40,821 bases of DNA from a virus (Duplodnaviria; Caudoviricetes), in the IMG/VR virus record IMGVR_UViG_3300010234_000025, positions 1-40,821 of that record; one strand, 5' to 3'. The notes below the pieces were generated by a model that worked only from the letters and a program-made list of their open reading frames with translations, searched no databases and was not told the DNA's origin. A program made the position numbers and the translations under genes. Below are positions 37,473 through 40,821 of the stretch, in pieces; the stretch's first letter is position 1, and the number at the start of each line of letters is the position of its first letter.

Positions 37473-38056
37473 AACTTCGCTTGTGTTTCAGGCTCCATAT
37501 AATCATTGTGATTATCTCCGAAAAATAATTCTGATAGCAGGCTAACATCCATGTGCTTTCTAGCATCACGTAGATTTTTATACCCTCTATCACCCTTTTT
37601 GACTTTCTTGACACCGCGCACTCTACGCTCAGGAAAGCATACACTAAAGTACTCTAGAATCATCTCAGCTTTATGTATGGACTCATAGTCTTTATCTAGC
37701 ACCAGTATTTCAGCACCAGATACTTTCCCATTGAAGGAGTTAAAGTGAGGCTCCAGGGACGCATTAACAGAATGGGAATGTGCTAATTTATGTGCTGCCC
37801 CTGAAACCCCTGATTTATTTCTTGTTTCAATTGGGAATATTTCACTTAATCTTTTATTAACTACACCTAGGCCATGTGGAAGAGAGCCATCATTTAATAC
37901 TGTTTGGCCTATTCTACATGCATAATAGTACTCACTTATGCCGTTATAAGCTAAAGCACCTTGCTTAGTTATTGAATGAGGGATGATTATTCCCCATTGT
38001 GAAGGTTTCAATACGCCTTCACCATATCCAATAGTTTTAGGTTTAAATAGTCTCAT
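37451..38056 (-). CDS. N-acetylmuramoyl-L-alanine amidase (Amidase_3-like endolysin)
   Basis: Zn ligands and catalytic residue: IIPH..GA..GISE...SLEPHFNS...GAEIL...LLSELFFGDN. Confidence 0.85.
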   Translation of the reverse strand: MRLFKPKTIGYGEGVLKPSQWGIIIPHSITKQGALAYNGISEYYYACRIGQTVLNDGSLPHGLGVVNKRLSEIFPIETRNKSGVSGAAHKLAHSHSVNASLEPHFNSFNGKVSGAEILVLDKDYESIHKAEMILEYFSVCFPERRVRGVKKVKKGDRGYKNLRDARKHMDVSLLSELFFGDNHNDYMEPETQAKFWAECLI

Positions 38057-38220
38057 ATAAGATTGAAGGCCTTTAGTATTGATCTGAATTTTCTAATACC
38101 GATCTTGTCAGCATATCTAATTAGTAGTTCAATGCCATTGGTCATGTTACCATCGCCTACTCTGTATAGAGTTTCTTTAGCTTCGTTAGATAATCTAGCG
38201 TGGAAATACCCTTTTTTCAT
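38053..38220 (-). CDS. Ribbon-helix-helix-like DNA-binding protein, 55 aa (not in track)
   Basis: AGGA RBS; MKKGYFHARLSNEAKETLYRVGDGNMTNGIELLIRY fits a strand-helix-turn-helix pattern; ATGA overlap with the amidase. Confidence 0.65.
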   Translation of the reverse strand: MKKGYFHARLSNEAKETLYRVGDGNMTNGIELLIRYADKIGIRKFRSILKAFNLI

Positions 38221-38292
38221 TTACAATCCTTTTTGTGTTTACCTAAATTAAATGTATTAACTTAATATGTAAACATGGTTAAGGGAAATACT

Positions 38293-38391
38293 ATGAAATT
38301 TTTTCAGGGTGTCTATAATGTTTTGAAAATATATGCACTGATAGGGGTTATTGTTATCCTTGTCAGGTTTATAGCTTCCCTAGTGAGATAG
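38293..38391 (+). CDS. Small hydrophobic peptide, 32 aa (not in track)
   Basis: AAGGGA RBS; IYALIGVIVILVRFIASLV. Confidence 0.45.
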   Translation: MKFFQGVYNVLKIYALIGVIVILVRFIASLVR

Positions 38392-38695
38392 CTCTATTGA
38401 CATCACCTCTAGCCGCTATGAAGTCTTTAATAAACAATGACAAGAAAAGCTCACTACCTGTAGAGCTTTCAGTTATATACAGGTTACAGCCTTTTAAATA
38501 GGTAATAAAGTTATCATAAAAGAATTGCTCACCATGCTTAGCTATGATCTGCTCTTTCTTTTTGTGCGCCCACTTGCGTAAAGATGCAGCTTCTTTGCTA
38601 TTGTCTATCTCCACTTTTACATTCTCAGATTCATTAGCTTCCTTGTCTGGACTTCTTCTTTTTTTCCAGTAGGCAGCAGTAGCTCCAGGCTCCAT
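38369..38695 (-). CDS. Hypothetical protein
   Basis: AAGGGG RBS; has its own promoter. Confidence 0.75.
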   Translation of the reverse strand: MEPGATAAYWKKRRSPDKEANESENVKVEIDNSKEAASLRKWAHKKKEQIIAKHGEQFFYDNFITYLKGCNLYITESSTGSELFLSLFIKDFIAARGDVNRAISLGKL

Positions 38696-38714
38696 AGTAA
38701 ACCCCTTTAATATA

Positions 38715-38743
38715 ATATTAAGCGTTGCTTATCATTGATGCAA
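38715..38743 (-). promoter_or_regulatory. Sigma70-like promoter
   Basis: TTGCAT(38743-38738)-N17-TAATAT(38720-38715). Confidence 0.55.
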
Positions 38744-38819
38744 TAATTTGAGGAGTAAAAATAAGAAGGGTTTAATTTCGGCTTTACAAATACTACTTTG
38801 TAAGCCTACTCTTAAACCC

Positions 38820-39195
38820 GAACAAAAACAAAACAATGTCTGAATATTACCATGATAACGCCTTAGGGCAAGTCTTTTATTCCCCATTGTTTTGTTTTTA
38901 ATTAAATCCAGTGAGGGGGTAGCTATTTCCCACTTATGGCCGCGTGCTGGTGACAGGGCCATTTGCGATAATAGCTGGATCGGGCGACGCCTCGTGAGGG
39001 GGGATTATATAAGTCGTTTTGGTTTGTAAGACCGGGGTAAAGCTTAGATTTAAAAGGGATCTAACGGAAAAAGAGCATACACTCTAAGCCCTGCGAGAAG
39101 TGGTGAGTCCTTGTAACGGTACGCGTCTTTAGTTAGTCGGCATACTAGACTCCCTTGGATAAGCTCAACCTGAAAAAAGGGATTGCAGAGCGTTA
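38820..39195 (+). ncRNA. Candidate large structured non-coding RNA or replication origin
   Basis: Longest intergenic region; consecutive stems, two GUGA tetraloops, G-U pairs favouring the plus strand. Confidence 0.55.
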
Positions 39196-39207
39196 ATAAG
39201 GAGATAT

Positions 39208-39378
39208 ATGAGTAAAATAATTACAACTACAGAAATTAGAAAGAGGATGGAAGTATTCGGAAAAGAGATAGCTAAAATTAACGAGGAGTTTTTATCTCCA
39301 TTAGTTGAAGAATGTAATGAAATAATTCAAAGAGAATTAGATAAGCGTGATAGTGAGAATAGAGATAGTAAAAAATAA
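39208..39378 (+). CDS. Hypothetical protein, 56 aa (not in track)
   Basis: Strong TAAGGAG RBS. Confidence 0.7.
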   Translation: MSKIITTTEIRKRMEVFGKEIAKINEEFLSPLVEECNEIIQRELDKRDSENRDSKK

Positions 39379-39420
39379 GCCAAGTACAATAGATTCAATA
39401 TCAGTTAGTAGATTTCTTTT

Positions 39421-39690
39421 TCATGTTATGAGTTTTATAAGTTTGCCCATTAAGTTTCTAGGGGACCTTATATATTTCCTGGTATGGATATTCTTAAAGT
39501 AGTCAAAGTTTTTATCACTATGCATATAAGCAATATCATCAATGTAATTTCCTTCAAGTGAGTAACTTGAATGGTTGAATACTTCTGTAATTGTATTATT
39601 TTCAATAGCATCATCAAAGGCTGATTCTGCATCTCTAGTCTTTAATTTGTTGAACATGCTATCCTTCACTTTTTTTCCATTTGTTATCAA
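39421..39690 (-). CDS. Hypothetical protein
   Basis: AYMHSDKNFDYFKNIHTRKY; start may be MFNK after AAGGA. Confidence 0.7.
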   Translation of the reverse strand: MITNGKKVKDSMFNKLKTRDAESAFDDAIENNTITEVFNHSSYSLEGNYIDDIAYMHSDKNFDYFKNIHTRKYIRSPRNLMGKLIKLIT

Positions 39691-39949
39691 ATTTACTAAA
39701 CCAAAAACCTTTCTGTATCAATACATCTTCAAGAAAAGGATATTCTTTAACGAATCTAGTTAGTTTAATATCTTCTTTTTGCCTGTGATGTTTAAAACAT
39801 AAGGGCATCATATTATCATCTGTGCATTTTCCACCGGAGCCAAAGCTTTTAATATGGTCCCCTGAAACTTGATAAGTATCTCCACATACAATGCAAGGCA
39901 TCTGAGAATACCTTTTAGCTTGTTTCTTATCTCTCTTTCTTTTAGGCAT
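39659..39949 (-). CDS. HNH-like zinc-binding nuclease (DUF968/Ref-like)
   Basis: CIVCG...DHIKSFGSGG...NMMPLCFKHH. Confidence 0.8.
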   Translation of the reverse strand: MPKRKRDKKQAKRYSQMPCIVCGDTYQVSGDHIKSFGSGGKCTDDNMMPLCFKHHRQKEDIKLTRFVKEYPFLEDVLIQKGFWFSKFDNKWKKSEG

Positions 39950-40136
39950 CTCTGTTGTATACCTCCATTAAGGCCCGACCTTTACTAATGCTTGAAACGC
40001 TTAATATTTGGCCTGTATCTTTTTTAGATATAGTGATGCACTTAACTAGTTTAAAGAAGGGGTTAAGGTACTCGACTATCATAGTCGCTTTATGGCCTTT
40101 GATTATAAAGCCATCTTTAGTTTTTATCTTTTTCAT
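39942..40136 (-). CDS. Hypothetical protein (probably leaderless)
   Basis: ATG lies 6 nt after a TATAAT box. Confidence 0.7.
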   Translation of the reverse strand: MKKIKTKDGFIIKGHKATMIVEYLNPFFKLVKCITISKKDTGQILSVSSISKGRALMEVYNRDA

Positions 40137-40142
40137 AAGCGC

Positions 40143-40193
40143 ATTATAACATCAAATTAATGTGTTTACAAATGTGTTTAAATTTTATACGTT
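40143..40193. promoter_or_regulatory. Overlapping divergent promoters
   Basis: Minus strand: TTGTAA(40171-40166)-N17-TATAAT(40148-40143) with extended TG. Plus strand: TTTACA(40165-40170)-N17-TACGTT(40188-40193). Confidence 0.7.
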
Positions 40194-40220
40194 TAAATTT
40201 TAGACAACTGTTAAAAAACT

Positions 40221-40307
40221 GGGCACTGATGAATAACTCCAAAAAGCATAAATTTTTTAGTCATCTCTTAGAGAAAAGTTTAACGTATTTCATCGGTGCC
40301 CTTCTTT
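40221..40307 (+). ncRNA. Candidate small RNA or structured leader
   Basis: 13-bp closing stem GGGCACUGAUGAA/UUCAUCGGUGCCC followed by UUCUUU. Confidence 0.5.
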
Positions 40308-40311
40308 AATT

Positions 40312-40533
40312 ATGAATAAACAACAACTTGAGACATTTAATTTAGGGTATGTAATTGCTAGGCCAAAGAGAAACGTGAAGCTTGTAATAACTACTCCTAG
40401 AATCCATTACCCTTGCTGGAAATGTAATACAGATGTATTTAGAGAGAAATGTATAAGGCATACGTATGGTACTGCGTTTTTCTATTTCGAGTGTTTTAAA
40501 TGTTATGTGGAGAGTGAAGAGTTAGAAGGATGA
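40312..40533 (+). CDS. Zn-ribbon small protein
   Basis: CWKC...CFKC. Confidence 0.65.
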   Translation: MNKQQLETFNLGYVIARPKRNVKLVITTPRIHYPCWKCNTDVFREKCIRHTYGTAFFYFECFKCYVESEELEG

Positions 40534-40763
40534 ATTTTATTATGAATGAAAAGCAAAGAGATAAGATTTTAAAATTAACTAGAGCATTCTATGAAGCTCA
40601 AGGGTGCGTATTCCCTAGTGATAACAGGGAAATGATTGAATATATCTACGACTCAAACCATCCAGCAGAAACAGGTTGTTTAGAGTTATCTATTCAAGCT
40701 CATAATATATATTGTGATGGTGATTTAGATTTAAACTCATTCTTTGAATGGCATGGTTTATAA
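40530..40763 (+). CDS. Hypothetical protein
   Basis: ATGA overlap with the previous gene. Confidence 0.7.
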   Translation: MNFIMNEKQRDKILKLTRAFYEAQGCVFPSDNREMIEYIYDSNHPAETGCLELSIQAHNIYCDGDLDLNSFFEWHGL

Positions 40764-40779
40764 AAGCAGGAGAAATAAT

Positions 40780-40821
40780 ATGGGGATAGATACTAGTCAT
40801 GGTTGTTGGAATGGGTCCTAT
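40780..40821 (+). CDS. 5' end of a gene truncated by the window (MGIDTSHGCWNGSY)
   Basis: AGGAG RBS; open to the window end. Confidence 0.7.
   Translation, partial: MGIDTSHGCWNGSY

Larger units (their letters stand above)
1..40821. mobile_element. Near-complete tailed phage genome (podovirus-type, epsilon15/BPP-1-like morphogenesis module)
   Basis: Complete ordered set of packaging, head, tail, ejection and lysis genes; no host housekeeping genes; the window ends look like the two ends of one gene. Confidence 0.95.

Noticed and set aside
38063-38251. 62-aa plus-strand ORF
   Set aside because: The opposite-strand 55-aa ORF has an RBS, translational coupling and an RHH-like pattern
38732-38962. 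76-aa minus-strand ORF
   Set aside because: No RBS, atypical composition, and it overlaps the structured non-coding region
39169-39180. CCTGAAAAAAGG resembles lambda boxB
   Set aside because: Only a 3-bp stem, no convincing boxA and no N-like protein; treated as part of the larger structure
38820-39195. CsrB-like sponge RNA for the phage CsrA
   Set aside because: GGA motifs are present but mostly in stems rather than in repeated hairpin loops
1-40821. CRISPR array, tRNA genes or stop-codon reassignment
   Set aside because: No regularly spaced repeats or canonical tRNA motifs noticed by eye; genes are intact under the standard code and end in TAA, TAG and TGA

Overview
An AT-rich, nearly complete and probably circularly permuted genome of a tailed dsDNA phage. 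Its morphogenesis module is podovirus-type and resembles epsilon15/BPP-1: TerS, TerL, portal, scaffold, major capsid, cement and staple proteins, tail adaptor and nozzle, three ejection proteins including a 3141-aa polyvalent protein, tail fibre, and holin/spanin-like genes. The spanin-like lipoprotein suggests a Gram-negative host. Accessory regions carry a tyrosine recombinase, a PD-(D/E)XK nuclease, RusA, two tandem DUF2829/Tad2-like genes, a GNAT, a tail-less SSB, a CsrA homologue, an Amidase_3 endolysin, an RHH-like regulator and an HNH-like protein. I recognise no polymerase, primase, helicase, initiator or CI repressor. The most unusual signals are RNA- and translation-related: (1) a near-consensus antisense promoter whose predicted +1 is the first base of a ~62-nt hairpin hidden inside the giant ejection gene, just after a nuclease-like domain; (2) a ~400-nt structured non-coding region with GNRA-capped stems at 38.8-39.2 kb; (3) a 66-aa mini release-factor domain with GGQ changed to NGQ; (4) several apparently leaderless genes alongside a phage CsrA. 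All family calls come from motif recognition by eye; no database searches or folding programs were run.
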